Virus record (IMG/VR): IMGVR_UViG_3300007255_000002
Location: 1-41,918 of that record
DNA from: a virus
Taxonomy: Duplodnaviria > Caudoviricetes
Strand: one strand, 5' to 3'
DNA length: 41,918 nucleotides
Shown in pieces: positions 7,599 to 17,851 of the stretch. A program made the position numbers and the translations under genes. Each line of letters begins with the position of its first letter. Positions within the stretch are counted from its first letter, which is position 1. The notes under the pieces are model-generated. The model worked only from the letters and a program-made list of their open reading frames with translations, searched no databases and was not told where the DNA came from.

Positions 7599-8171
7599 GT
7601 GAGCGGCGGCGAGTACGTAGTCGAGCCGCCTCGGAAGCGCCGCCTCACCATCGACGAGCTACTGGATCAGATTCATGAGGTAGCTCAAGATCCGGACGCG
7701 GGCCCGGACAGATTCAGAGCCGGCAAACTCCTGCTGTCGATGCAGACTTCGACGACGATGCTGCCCGAACCCCTGGACGAAAACGACGTCCTCGATCGCG
7801 TAAGCCGGATACTCGAAGGCGTCGGCCAGCACTTGAGCCGTATTGCCTTCCGCCGCGCCTTCCCTAGACTGACGGGTGTCAAGTCCGATATCGAAGCCCC
7901 GGTTGAGATCTTCAGCACCGACGACGGCATCCTCACGCCTCAGCAGCGCGAGATCTGCCGTAAAGCCTCGGTCTCGACGAAGAAGATCCGTGCGGCTTTC
8001 CCTGAACTCGCCACTCACGGCCGGCTTACTGGCACTCCTTACAAGCAAGGCCCCATCGCCCAGAAGTCGTACCGCTACCAAGTAGCCGTCAAGGCCATGC
8101 TGGATCGTGTCAACCGTACCATGAGCAAGCCCCTGAAGGGCACGGACGCCGATGTCGCTCCCAAGCCTTAG
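7599..8171 (+). CDS. probable terminase small subunit
   Basis: Position and size immediately upstream of TerL; helical DRFRAGKLLL segment. Positional inference. Confidence 0.5.
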   Translation: MSGGEYVVEPPRKRRLTIDELLDQIHEVAQDPDAGPDRFRAGKLLLSMQTSTTMLPEPLDENDVLDRVSRILEGVGQHLSRIAFRRAFPRLTGVKSDIEAPVEIFSTDDGILTPQQREICRKASVSTKKIRAAFPELATHGRLTGTPYKQGPIAQKSYRYQVAVKAMLDRVNRTMSKPLKGTDADVAPKP

Positions 8172-9906
8172 CCGCCACTGGAAGAGCCGCAAGCACCAGG
8201 ACGAGAAGACTACCTGGGCCTTCCAGGCCGAGATCGATATTCTCAGGGACTTGTGCCGCAAGGACTTCTGGACGTTCTTCCTCTACGCCTTCGGCGCCGG
8301 AGTCAACCCCAAGGGCAAGAACTGGATCGAGCCCGAGATTCACAAACCGATCGCGACTTGGTTCCAAAAGCACGTCGATGAATGGTTCGAGAACCGCCGC
8401 TACGGTCGCAAGGAGCAAAAGCACTTAGCCCTCTTGATCCCTCGCGGCATGGGTAAGACGACGATGGGCCAGGCGCTCCAGTTGTGGCTACACCTGAGAG
8501 ATCCGGAGATGTCGAGCTACACCGGCTCGGAGCGTACCGACTTGTCCCAAAAGATCCTGGGCGGCATCAAAGCTGTCTTGGACGGCTCCGATCCCTATGC
8601 TCTGTTCCCGACGCTCTACGGCAACTGGTCCACTCAAGCTCGAAGCTGGACCGGCAAGGAAGTCACCCACGCCGCGCGCAAGAATACTTCGAGGAAAGAT
8701 CCGAGCTTCGGCACCTTCGCGGTCGAGACGTCCATCGTCGGCGCCCACCCTGATGCTTGGATCGAGGACGATCCCAACTCCTACGAGCGCATGCAGTCGG
8801 ACACCAACTGGCTCGCCACCGTCAACTCTCAAGTCTCCAGCATGTTCCCGGTGATCCAGGCTGACGGCCTAGTCATATGGCTCGGCACGCGGTACGACGA
8901 CGACGATCACTTCGGCGTGGCATTCCGTGATGAAGGCGTTGCTTCCCTCGAAGGGATGGAAACCGACTCTATCGTCGTCGATCCGGACGGCAAGTGGAAC
9001 GTCTACTTCCTAGCCGCAAGAGACAAGGACGAAAAGCCCATCTCGACCAAGGTGTGGCCCGAGAAACTGCTGAAGGACTACCAACGCAAAGATCCGTTGC
9101 GGTATGCCGCGCAGGTGATGAACGATCCGGCGATCTCGGAGTTCAATCCGATCACCCGCGATCAGATTCAGCAGTGCGGCGTCGAGTCGAAAGACGTCCC
9201 GTGGAGCTCGATGCGATTCGCGATCTGCTTCGATACCGCCTTCGCCCATGGCGAGCGCCGGGTCTCCAAGGACGAGACGACGTTCATCGTCCACGGCTAC
9301 CCTCGGAGCGGTTCAGGTGACGTCTACATTTGTGAGGTCTGGGGGAGCCCGACTTGGCGCGCCGAGGACTTCTGTAACCGGATCGTCGCCAAGGTGCAGT
9401 CCTATCGAGGCGCGGGAAAGAAAGTGTCCGCCCTCGCCGGAGACGCCTTCGCTTCGGGTGGACGTTCGGGATCGTTGGAACTTGCCTTGAGGAACTACTT
9501 CAACGATGCTGGCCAGCCGATGCCCACGCTCTATGAGTACAACCGCAACAAGGTGGGGCAAGAGAAGATCACCCGCATCGTCAACGCCGCGACGTTCTGG
9601 GTAGACGGCCATGTCAGGTGGGTGAAGGATTCGCCTAACCCAAAGGGCATGAATGACCTGATTGAGCAGATGGCCAAGATCGGGCAGATGATGGTGAACC
9701 GCCGCATGAAGGACGACTACGTGGACGCCCACGCCGACGCCTTCCAGCCCGAGCTTTACCAGCCGATGCGGCGTAAAAGCAAGAACGTCGCCCCCTGGGA
9801 GCGTGGTGCCACCGCCTTTGAAGTCGAAGGGCTGGATAGCCGCATGTTCGAGAACGACGAGTTCCGCGAGTGGAGCAACGCCAACCCCCGAGAACCCTTG
9901 AAGTAG
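8152..9906 (+). CDS. terL: terminase large subunit
   Basis: Walker A LIPRGMGKTT, Walker B GAHPDAWIEDD, GTRY motif, RNase-H fold ICFDTA and DDYVDA. Confidence 0.92.
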   Translation: MSLPSLSRHWKSRKHQDEKTTWAFQAEIDILRDLCRKDFWTFFLYAFGAGVNPKGKNWIEPEIHKPIATWFQKHVDEWFENRRYGRKEQKHLALLIPRGMGKTTMGQALQLWLHLRDPEMSSYTGSERTDLSQKILGGIKAVLDGSDPYALFPTLYGNWSTQARSWTGKEVTHAARKNTSRKDPSFGTFAVETSIVGAHPDAWIEDDPNSYERMQSDTNWLATVNSQVSSMFPVIQADGLVIWLGTRYDDDDHFGVAFRDEGVASLEGMETDSIVVDPDGKWNVYFLAARDKDEKPISTKVWPEKLLKDYQRKDPLRYAAQVMNDPAISEFNPITRDQIQQCGVESKDVPWSSMRFAICFDTAFAHGERRVSKDETTFIVHGYPRSGSGDVYICEVWGSPTWRAEDFCNRIVAKVQSYRGAGKKVSALAGDAFASGGRSGSLELALRNYFNDAGQPMPTLYEYNRNKVGQEKITRIVNAATFWVDGHVRWVKDSPNPKGMNDLIEQMAKIGQMMVNRRMKDDYVDAHADAFQPELYQPMRRKSKNVAPWERGATAFEVEGLDSRMFENDEFREWSNANPREPLK

Positions 9907-9914
9907 GAGCAAGG

Positions 9915-11126
9915 ATGCAAGTCTTCAACGCCAAGGAAGGCACCGTCGAAACTCGCGAGCAAGCCGTCTACGCGCGCCGGACTACCTGCCGAGGATGCGC
10001 CTCAAGGCTCCTACGGCCCATCCTGAGCCTCGGCGAGCAGTACCTGGTGCGTTTCCCCAAGTTTCCCGACTTCGGGCTTCCTAAGGCACCCTTGGACTTG
10101 GTGCGTTGCGACGAGTGCGGGCTCCTGCAACTAGGGACGAGCGTCTACCCCGACTTGCTCTTCCGCGAGTTCTGGTACCGCACGAGCATCAACGACTCCA
10201 TGCGGGCGGCGATGGACGACTTGGTGAGGCACGGCCTGGAGTACCAGCGTTACGGCACCTGGCTCGATATCGGTGCCAACGACGGCTATTTGCTGAGCAA
10301 GGTTCCCCACGACTTCTCAAAGATTGCCGTAGAACCCGCGGTGAACATGAAGGAACAGCTTGAGAAGGTTGCCGGCCGAGTGATTTCAGACTACTTCGAC
10401 GGCGCCACACTCGACCGTAAGTGCGACGTCATCACCTCCGCCGCCATGTTCTACGACGTGGAAGATCCCGGCACCTTCCTCGATGGGATCTACGCTTGTC
10501 TCACCAAGGACGGGGTGTGGATCAACCAACTGAACGATGCCCCTACGATGTTGAAAACCAATTCTTTCGACGCTTTGTGCCACGAGCACCTGTGCTACTA
10601 CGACGTCCCGACACTCAAGCGCATGTACGAAGCGCACGGACTGGTTCTGACGGATGTCCGGTTCAACGACGTCAACGGCGGCAGCGTCCGCACCGTGGCG
10701 AAGAAGAAGGGCGAAAAGGCTGATATTCTTGGGCTTCCGCAAGCGAGCCTCGAAGAGTGTGAAGGCTTCGCCAGGCGTATCGTGAAGTGGCGCAGCGTGA
10801 TGACGGACTTGGTGAGAAGCCTCTCAACCTCGGGGCCGCTGTGGGCTCTCGGAGCTTCCACCAAGGGCGCGGTACTGATGCAGTACCTGGAATGCGCGGA
10901 TGCGTTCGAGGCGGTGGCCGATAGAAATCCTGAGAAAATCGGGCGCCACATGGTGGGAAGCTGGCTTCCGATCAAGAGCGAGGCGGACTTGAGACGCGAA
11001 CGTCCGAGGTTTGGGGTGGTGCTGCCATGGGCGTTCCGAGACGAGATCCTGAGCCGGGAGAAGGATTTGCGCGGCCACGGGACAACGCTCGTTCTGCCGC
11101 TACCGAACATCGAGTTCGTGATATGA
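9915..11126 (+). CDS. NDP-hexose C-methyltransferase-like SAM-dependent methyltransferase
   Basis: Zn site CRGC...CDECGLLQL, LDIGANDG, FDALCHEHLCYY, GASTKG, VLPWAFRDEI (Methyltransf_13/14 architecture); start revised to ATG 9915 after AGGAG. Confidence 0.9.
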   Translation: MQVFNAKEGTVETREQAVYARRTTCRGCASRLLRPILSLGEQYLVRFPKFPDFGLPKAPLDLVRCDECGLLQLGTSVYPDLLFREFWYRTSINDSMRAAMDDLVRHGLEYQRYGTWLDIGANDGYLLSKVPHDFSKIAVEPAVNMKEQLEKVAGRVISDYFDGATLDRKCDVITSAAMFYDVEDPGTFLDGIYACLTKDGVWINQLNDAPTMLKTNSFDALCHEHLCYYDVPTLKRMYEAHGLVLTDVRFNDVNGGSVRTVAKKKGEKADILGLPQASLEECEGFARRIVKWRSVMTDLVRSLSTSGPLWALGASTKGAVLMQYLECADAFEAVADRNPEKIGRHMVGSWLPIKSEADLRRERPRFGVVLPWAFRDEILSREKDLRGHGTTLVLPLPNIEFVI

Positions 11127-11299
11127 CAATCACCGTAGTTCTCAAACGTGGGCGGATGACCACCTTCGACGGGGCGACGCTGACTCCGCCGACCTTCACC
11201 ACGCCCTACTACCTAGTCGAGACTCGTAACGGACGTACCGACTACTTCGCCGCCGACGCCATCGAACAGATCACCGTCATCAAACCTGTTGCCGATTAG
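11123..11299 (+). CDS. small hypothetical protein
   Basis: ATGA overlap; MTITVVLKRGR...KPVAD. Confidence 0.6.
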   Translation: MTITVVLKRGRMTTFDGATLTPPTFTTPYYLVETRNGRTDYFAADAIEQITVIKPVAD

Positions 11300-11307
11300 G
11301 AGGATTT

Positions 11308-11460
11308 GTGGAGAGAAGTCTCGCCAAGCTCATCAAGGAGCTGGACACTCGCCCACCCACCGTGGAAGAGATCAAGACGCTGATTGCCACCATCGTAGGC
11401 CAGGACAAGCAATCGAAGATCGAGGCCCTCGCCAAGCGCCTGAAGGTCCTCCGAGGCTAG
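11308..11460 (+). CDS. 50-aa hypothetical protein (absent from ORF track)
   Basis: AGGAGG RBS, GTG start, MERSLAKLIKELD...KRLKVLRG. Confidence 0.6.
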   Translation: MERSLAKLIKELDTRPPTVEEIKTLIATIVGQDKQSKIEALAKRLKVLRG

Positions 11461-11462
11461 AA

Positions 11463-12059
11463 GTGCCGCATAAGCAAGTCGCGCCCAACCACACCCTCTC
11501 CGATATGATTGCCAAGTATTTTGACACCGGCTACGTCGGGCATGCGATCGACGTGGGGGCATCGGATGGGATATCCGTCAACACCACGTTCGGGCTGGAG
11601 AAGACGCGGCGGTGGACGGTGCTGTCGGTCGAGCCCAATCCTGAGTTCTGGCCGGTGCTGACGGCCACGAGAGCATTCGTCGAGAAGTGCGCGTGTTCCA
11701 ACTTCACCGGCCAGGCCACACTCCACATCAACCGCGAGATCCCGGAGGCTTACTCGACGATCGGCCCCCGCCCCGATGGCCACGCGGTAGGCTATGCGCT
11801 GTGGGACGCCGCCGAAGTCCGGGTAGACACGGTGGAGAACCTGCTCTCTAAGTGGAGGTTCCCGAAACTGGACGTGGTGTGCGTAGACGTTGAGGGGACG
11901 GAACGCGACGTGATGGAGGGCGCCAACCTCGAACTCTGGAAGCCGAAGGTGGTGGTGCTGGAGTCATGGGAGCCCAACACGCATGATCCCTACATGGCCG
12001 AACGCGGCTACCGACCCGTTACCAGGCTCATCCACAACGATCTATTCGTTCGGGCATGA
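11463..12059 (+). CDS. FkbM-family methyltransferase
   Basis: IDVGASDG...VEPNP...VDVEGTE..V.EG; start revised to GTG near 11463. Confidence 0.88.
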   Translation: MPHKQVAPNHTLSDMIAKYFDTGYVGHAIDVGASDGISVNTTFGLEKTRRWTVLSVEPNPEFWPVLTATRAFVEKCACSNFTGQATLHINREIPEAYSTIGPRPDGHAVGYALWDAAEVRVDTVENLLSKWRFPKLDVVCVDVEGTERDVMEGANLELWKPKVVVLESWEPNTHDPYMAERGYRPVTRLIHNDLFVRA

Positions 12060-12748
12060 ACGGCCGGGTCGCCGTGTTGTGCCCCAGCCGGGATAATGCT
12101 GATGGTGTCTGCCGTTTGGCTAGGAACATCTCAGCGACCACCAACCGCTCGGACCTGCTGATCTACGCCGACGAGGACCAGTTTGGCGACTACCACGACA
12201 AGTGCAGTCATGAGACCTGGCAAGTGCGGAGCAAAGTTACACTGGTCAAAGGGCCGAGGATAGGCCCCGTCCCCGCCGCCAACGACTTGGTCAAGTTCTA
12301 CCCCGACTACGACCTCTACGGCCTGATTCCCGACGATGCGACGGTCAAGACTCCGGGCTGGGACGAGTGGTGCCTGAGCGCGGTAAGAATGTTCCCTAAC
12401 CGGGTGGGGGTGATTTCCCCCGCTCACAGCTTAGGGCTTCATGTGGACATGCCGTTCGTCTCCAACGGCTGGGTCAAGGCCACCGGCTGGTTTGCCTGCC
12501 CCGAGATGTACCACTACGCTTGGCCACTCCTGACCGGCATCATCGGTGAAATGACGGCCATTCTTCACGCCCCCGAGACGGCATTCCTAGTTGAGCACGA
12601 TGGCCACATGCCGGCCAACCAAGGAAGACGGAGCGAAGACGCCGAGGTATTTCTGGCCTTCGTCGCTACCTCGCTGCCGGGAGTCGTGGAACGTCTGAGA
12701 TCGAGCATGGCTCCAAAGGAGGCAAGTCCTGAACACAACTGTATTTAG
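12056..12748 (+). CDS. GT-A fold (GT2-like) glycosyltransferase
   Basis: VAVLCPSR, YADED, G...AAN, IPDDA (DxD-like), WDE motifs. Confidence 0.7.
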   Translation: MNGRVAVLCPSRDNADGVCRLARNISATTNRSDLLIYADEDQFGDYHDKCSHETWQVRSKVTLVKGPRIGPVPAANDLVKFYPDYDLYGLIPDDATVKTPGWDEWCLSAVRMFPNRVGVISPAHSLGLHVDMPFVSNGWVKATGWFACPEMYHYAWPLLTGIIGEMTAILHAPETAFLVEHDGHMPANQGRRSEDAEVFLAFVATSLPGVVERLRSSMAPKEASPEHNCI

Positions 12749-13583
12749 CTTTCCAGGTAAGGCCGGCGATGCGATCCACGAGTGGCCGATCGCCTACTGG
12801 TGGGCGCGCGAGAACAAGAAGCGCTTCACCTGCTGGATGGACGAACGGAGCACCAGGATCGTTGCCCCGCTATTCGCCGCCCAGCCGTGTGTGGAGAAGG
12901 TGGAGTTCAAGCCCGGGATCGAGGGCTATCAGTGCGGGGGCCAGCCTTTTCATTTCGATCTGGCGCCTGGAGACTACGAAGGCCGCACCGTCCATCACCT
13001 GGGCTTCCGGAATTTCCCGCAACGTCAGTTGACGATCGAGACGCTGGAGAACTGCGGGCTGGGCCTCAACGTGGATCAAGAGACACTGGCCGAAGTCCCG
13101 AGCATCGAGGCGCCGGGAGAAGCTCCCGGCTTCTCCTCGGAGGATAGGATCTGTCTGCTCCACGGCCAAGCGGTCTACTCCAACACCAAGGGGACGCCCA
13201 AGTTCTGGATGTTCCTATCGGACATCGCCCCGGAACTAGAGGAACGCTTCAACCGCATTGTATTCGTTGGCAGTGAGCGCGACCGCGAAGTCGGTGCCCG
13301 GATCTACCCTGCTTGGGAGACCTTCGACGATCATGGCAGTTTCCTAGAATTAGCCCGGCTAATGAAGTTCGCCAAGCTGGTGGTCGGGTGCGGTTCTTCG
13401 GTGGTGTCGCTGGCCGGGGTGCTCAAGATTAACTCGGTGCGTGTCCACGACGAGATTGGCAGTCATCCTAAGGTTCTATGGTCCAACCTCCAGAAGAACC
13501 ACCTGAACCTGACCGAGCCCGAGCTACGCACTCAGTGGAAGTCGTGGCGTAACCATTGGTTGGACGAGGTGCCGGTTGTCTGA
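12729..13583 (+). CDS. GT9/heptosyltransferase-like GT-B glycosyltransferase (probable CTG start)
   Basis: N-terminal FSFPGKAGDAIHEWP in frame upstream of ATG 12837; C-terminal FLELARLMKFAKLVVGCGSS..SLAG.L typical of GT9. Confidence 0.72.
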   Translation: MNTTVFSFPGKAGDAIHEWPIAYWWARENKKRFTCWMDERSTRIVAPLFAAQPCVEKVEFKPGIEGYQCGGQPFHFDLAPGDYEGRTVHHLGFRNFPQRQLTIETLENCGLGLNVDQETLAEVPSIEAPGEAPGFSSEDRICLLHGQAVYSNTKGTPKFWMFLSDIAPELEERFNRIVFVGSERDREVGARIYPAWETFDDHGSFLELARLMKFAKLVVGCGSSVVSLAGVLKINSVRVHDEIGSHPKVLWSNLQKNHLNLTEPELRTQWKSWRNHWLDEVPVV

Positions 13584-13815
13584 GACTTTGGGCTCGCTGG
13601 TGGACAAGCTCTTCACCGTGGATCACAAACTTTGGGAAGTCCAGGCCAAGGTTCATCACGCCGCCCAACGCCTCGATCCTCTGGACGCCGAGACGGTGAA
13701 GAACCTCGATCAACTGAACAAACAACGGAACTCCCTGATGACCGAGCTAGACGAACTCTTTGCCGCCGGCCTCGCTTCAGGGAAGACCGTTGTGGACTCG
13801 CGTCCTAAGTTCTAG
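13576..13815 (+). CDS. DUF4254/DUF6165-like helical protein
   Basis: ETLGSLVDKLFT...KLW...LNKQRNSLMTELD pattern, seen next to glycosyltransferases. Confidence 0.6.
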   Translation: MSETLGSLVDKLFTVDHKLWEVQAKVHHAAQRLDPLDAETVKNLDQLNKQRNSLMTELDELFAAGLASGKTVVDSRPKF

Positions 13816-13843
13816 TAGCGTTGCAAAGTAGCCAGGAGGCGAT

Positions 13844-15763
13844 GTGGGGCAAGGAAAGCTCCCAGACGGCCGCATCGAACGCGAACGGGACTACCCTACC
13901 TGGTCTCGCGTGATCGAACTTATAGACGGGCGCCGCCAAGACAGCACCCGCTATAACACCAACCTGTTCAACCGGTTGAGCGACTACTACAAGACCTATC
14001 GCGGGGTCTGGCAGGGACGCTACGCGCAGTTCCGCAACAACATCTCGATCCCCTTCACCTTCGCCATGATCCAGTCGGACGTGGCGAGGAAGGTCCAAGC
14101 CTCCTTCGCCGCCTGGCCGATCGTGGGGTTCGAAGGCTATGCCCCCGAAGATGCATCAAGGGCGAAGCGGAACGAAGTCCTGATCTCGGCGCAGATGAAG
14201 GACTGCGACTCGGTGATCAAGGCGGTGGACTTCTTCCTTCAGGCCGATATCTGCGGCACCGCCATCGCCCGGTTCGGCTGGAAGAACATCACCCGCAAAA
14301 CTCGCTACCGCCGGATGGAGCAAGTCGCCCCCGGATTCTCGATTCCGGTGATCCACGAGGAAGACTCGGAGATCTTCGACGGCCCGAGTTGGGAAGTGGT
14401 GGATCGGCTGGACTTCTGGCAGCAACCCGCCCGGCGGACCATCGACGAGATGGACTGGGTGATCCACCGCTACTGGGCGGATTTGGACAACCTGAAGGAA
14501 GATGCCAACAGCCCCAATCCCTACTTCGACCCCCGGGCGGTGAGAGCGTTGGACGGCATCCCCCTAAGTGGAAGGGGTGCGACTGATTACCAGGAACGAA
14601 GGCTGACGTTCCGAGACGAGTACGACTACATGGCCCGCACCGCCGAGCACTTTAGCAAGCCGGTGGAGATTTGGGAGTACCACGGGCTCGTCCCCTCAGA
14701 GTTCGCCATCGGCGGCATCCGCCATCGCTGCATCGCGGTGGCCAACGAACGGGTGGTGCTCAAGAACATCGAAGGGGTGATGCCCAACGGCCAAAAGCCG
14801 TTCGTCTCCTACTCTCAGATGCGCGATCCCTACGGCTTCGACGGGGTCGGCAAGGCCGAAATCGCCTACGGCCCCCAGCGTACCGCTGACCGCATCAACA
14901 ACCAGAAACTGGACGCCATCGACCTCCTAATCGATCCCCAGTTGGTGGTCTCGACCGGCGCCAACCTAAACACTCAGAACCTGTTCTCCCGCGCGGGACG
15001 GGTGATCATGGTGGATGGTCCGGCCGACGACTCCAACATCCGCCCCCTGGTGATGAACATGCAGGGTCTCCAGGCGGCCTACTCGGAGATCAGCCAGCTG
15101 TTCCAGTTCATGCAATTGGGCACCGGAGAGACCGAGAGCCTCTTGGGCCAAGCCTCCTCGGGACGCGAGACGGCACGGGGCTTCATGGGGCGCCAGGAAA
15201 ACGCGCTCACAAGGCTTTCCCTCGAAGCGACTTTGGCCGAGCAGGGGTTCATTGAGCCACTAGCCAATGCCTTCCGAGCTATGGACAGGTTGTGGCTCAC
15301 CATGCCGCACGAGGTGAAGATCGTCGGAAGTCTGGCGACGGTGAATCCCATTACCGGACTGCCCTATCCCGACGAGCGCGCCACCATCGACTACGACGAC
15401 TTGGTGCCCGACTACCGAGCGCGGGCCGTGGGCGCCAGCCAGATGCTAGGCCGCAGCATCCGCCAGCAAAACCTGATCGCGATCATGCAGGTGCTGAGCG
15501 CCAACCCGGCGATGATGCAGATTGTCAACTGGGCCAACTTTGCCCGCCAGGCGTTTGAGTTGTTCGACTTCAAGAACGTCAACGATCTCCTAGTCAACCA
15601 AGTGCCGATGGTGAACCAGATGGCCCAGGATAGCGGCATGAGTCCGAACGGGGTAGCGTCCGCAGTCAGCCAACCCCTCGAAAGCCTGTCTCCGGCGATC
15701 CTAGGCCGTCTGATGAACGTTCAGGGGCAGGCACCCATACCGATGGCGGGGATGACGAGCTAA
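13844..15763 (+). CDS. portal protein
   Basis: 639 aa between TerL and scaffold/MCP; PFV...PYGFDGVG..E...Q...D...NQ.LD..L..DP pattern of P22/SU10-like portals. Confidence 0.88.
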   Translation: MGQGKLPDGRIERERDYPTWSRVIELIDGRRQDSTRYNTNLFNRLSDYYKTYRGVWQGRYAQFRNNISIPFTFAMIQSDVARKVQASFAAWPIVGFEGYAPEDASRAKRNEVLISAQMKDCDSVIKAVDFFLQADICGTAIARFGWKNITRKTRYRRMEQVAPGFSIPVIHEEDSEIFDGPSWEVVDRLDFWQQPARRTIDEMDWVIHRYWADLDNLKEDANSPNPYFDPRAVRALDGIPLSGRGATDYQERRLTFRDEYDYMARTAEHFSKPVEIWEYHGLVPSEFAIGGIRHRCIAVANERVVLKNIEGVMPNGQKPFVSYSQMRDPYGFDGVGKAEIAYGPQRTADRINNQKLDAIDLLIDPQLVVSTGANLNTQNLFSRAGRVIMVDGPADDSNIRPLVMNMQGLQAAYSEISQLFQFMQLGTGETESLLGQASSGRETARGFMGRQENALTRLSLEATLAEQGFIEPLANAFRAMDRLWLTMPHEVKIVGSLATVNPITGLPYPDERATIDYDDLVPDYRARAVGASQMLGRSIRQQNLIAIMQVLSANPAMMQIVNWANFARQAFELFDFKNVNDLLVNQVPMVNQMAQDSGMSPNGVASAVSQPLESLSPAILGRLMNVQGQAPIPMAGMTS

Positions 15764-16086
15764 TGGCCAACCTGACCGAAGACCAAGCCCAGAAGCTTCG
15801 CCTAGGGCTCATGGGCTCCGCCTGGCGCGAAATCATGCAGCCCGCGACCCAGAGCCGAGCCAGTTCGGCGATCAAGGCCCTGTGCCTATCCTTGGGCGAA
15901 CGGAAGACCCACGGGGGCGAGTTCAAGGATTGCTCAGACGACGAGCTTCGGGCCACGATCCGCGAGTGCGAGTGGCACCTATCGGTGTGGTTGAACGAGT
16001 TGAAGGTGTTCGATTTCAACCGGGCCCAGGACGAACTCCAGCGCCAGAACGGCGGCGGACTACCTGAGCCTAGTCTAACCCCTTAG
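15763..16086 (+). CDS. hypothetical head-module protein
   Basis: TAATG overlap with portal; position between portal and scaffold. Confidence 0.7.
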   Translation: MANLTEDQAQKLRLGLMGSAWREIMQPATQSRASSAIKALCLSLGERKTHGGEFKDCSDDELRATIRECEWHLSVWLNELKVFDFNRAQDELQRQNGGGLPEPSLTP

Positions 16087-16102
16087 GGGAGAAGAGGAAG
16101 CA

Positions 16103-16807
16103 ATGGACGAGAACCAAGTCAGTCCGGCATCCGATAACAAGGAGCCCAACGCTGACGAGCGGATCGCTGAACTGGAACGGAAGAACGCGGAACTGTCCAG
16201 CCGTTACGCCGCCTCCTCTAACGAGGCGATCCGGCTGAACCAGCAACTCCAAGCGTTCCAGCACGAGTCGCCGCGCCAGAATATCCCTCAACGTGGTCAG
16301 AGTGCCTACGAACGCTTGGTGGAGACGGGAGTGGACGCCGGGGCCATTGACGAGATTGTCGATGCCAAGGTATCGGCCCGCATCCAAGCGGCGTTCGATC
16401 CGATCGCCCGGGGATTCCAGGCCCGGAACCAGATGCTGGCTGAGCATCCCGAGTACGCGAAGGATGAAGCCAACGTCGCCGCTTTCGTCCAAAACGACCC
16501 CAAGATGAGCGAGATGTATAACCGCATGTTCTCCGCCGATCCCGTGGGAGCCAACGACTGGGCTTACATGAAGTACGGAGCCTCGGTCCAGAAGACCCAC
16601 AAGAGTGGGCGTGGCTCTCGTGAGGGAGTGGCGGATGCGGCGATTCCGACCGAGCGTTCGGGCGAAAGCCGGCGCCGGCCGGACGACGGAGACGTGTCGG
16701 AACTGCGGCGAGAGATTCGCGAGAAGGGTAAAACCCCCGATCTCGTGGATCGGTATGCCAAGGCGAGACTCAGGCAAGTAATCCCGGATTCGTTCCTGAA
16801 TCAATAA
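16103..16807 (+). CDS. capsid scaffolding protein
   Basis: Charged coiled-coil protein immediately upstream of MCP; GAGG RBS. Confidence 0.7.
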   Translation: MDENQVSPASDNKEPNADERIAELERKNAELSSRYAASSNEAIRLNQQLQAFQHESPRQNIPQRGQSAYERLVETGVDAGAIDEIVDAKVSARIQAAFDPIARGFQARNQMLAEHPEYAKDEANVAAFVQNDPKMSEMYNRMFSADPVGANDWAYMKYGASVQKTHKSGRGSREGVADAAIPTERSGESRRRPDDGDVSELRREIREKGKTPDLVDRYAKARLRQVIPDSFLNQ

Positions 16808-16829
16808 AGGACGGTAAGGAGCCAAAGGA

Positions 16830-17786
16830 ATGGCTGCTGCAAGCGGAACTACTTATGACGTAGGGTCTTGGCCGCTAAACACGGCACCGCAGCACGAAGA
16901 CCTGATGGACATGGTGACGATCATCGACAGCTTTCAGACGCCGATGTTCTCTTCCATGCCGAAGATTCGGGCGACCGACGTGGTTCATTCGTGGGCCATC
17001 GACGCGCTGGATGCAACGGCGACCGCCGGAACTTCGGAAGGTGTCAACTTCCTCGCCGCTTCGATGACCACCCCGGTGCGGCTGTGGAACTACACTCAAA
17101 TCTTCGGCAAGCACGTCCAGGTCTCGGACCGCGAGCGCGCAGTGCGCCCGGCGGGTATCCGGGACTTCTACGAGCACCAGGTGATGAAGGGCTTCAAGGA
17201 TGCGGCACGGGACTTGGAGTCTAGACTGTGGACCATCGGTGTGGCCTCGGCGCAGTCGGCCTCGGGCATCACCGCTTCCACTCCGCCGCGTATGTCTGGG
17301 TTCCTCGGAACCTTCGGTAACGGTGCGATCTTCACCTCGGCGAGTGCTTCCGGTGTGGTGCTAACGGCGGATATCGCGCTGTTCGCGCAGACCATGTTCC
17401 AGAACGGCGCCGAACCTGACTCGCTCTGGTTCTCTCCGCGGAGCAAGTACCAGTTCTTCCTCCAGACGATTGGCACCACGATCAACGCGCGCAACATCGC
17501 CGCGGTCGATAACCGTCTCTCGATGAACGTAGACGTATTCGAGTCTCCGTTCGGCCAATTGTTCGCGGTTATCACCGATCGGTTCATTCCGCTGACGAAT
17601 GTGGCTTCGGGCGCTTACTACATGGGAGACCGGAGCATGGCGAAGCTCGCCATCCTGCGTCCGCCGCAGCACAAGCCCATGGGTAAGGCGGGAGATCACA
17701 CGCAGGGCATCGTACTCATCGAGGCCACGCTTCAAATCGACCATCCTAGCTCCTGGGGTGCTATGACAGGAGTTATCAACACCTAG
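16830..17786 (+). CDS. major capsid protein (SU10/DUF5309 type)
   Basis: EDLMD.VTIID..QTP..S..K.RAT..VHSW..D.L, NYTQIF.K.V.VS, YE.Q..K.....RDLE, V..ESPFG, KAGD....I..E.TL. Confidence 0.88.
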   Translation: MAAASGTTYDVGSWPLNTAPQHEDLMDMVTIIDSFQTPMFSSMPKIRATDVVHSWAIDALDATATAGTSEGVNFLAASMTTPVRLWNYTQIFGKHVQVSDRERAVRPAGIRDFYEHQVMKGFKDAARDLESRLWTIGVASAQSASGITASTPPRMSGFLGTFGNGAIFTSASASGVVLTADIALFAQTMFQNGAEPDSLWFSPRSKYQFFLQTIGTTINARNIAAVDNRLSMNVDVFESPFGQLFAVITDRFIPLTNVASGAYYMGDRSMAKLAILRPPQHKPMGKAGDHTQGIVLIEATLQIDHPSSWGAMTGVINT

Positions 17787-17796
17787 CCCTTCTCTG

Positions 17797-17833
17797 TGGT
17801 ATAGTGGTGCAGTTGTAGTAACCAGGCTGCACC
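17797..17833 (+). promoter_or_regulatory. extended -10 promoter plus hairpin upstream of endonuclease
   Basis: TGGTATAGT (17797-17805); stem GGTGCAG (17806-17812) / CTGCACC (17827-17833). Confidence 0.55.
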
Positions 17834-17851
17834 ACCTACCACGGAGGAGAG

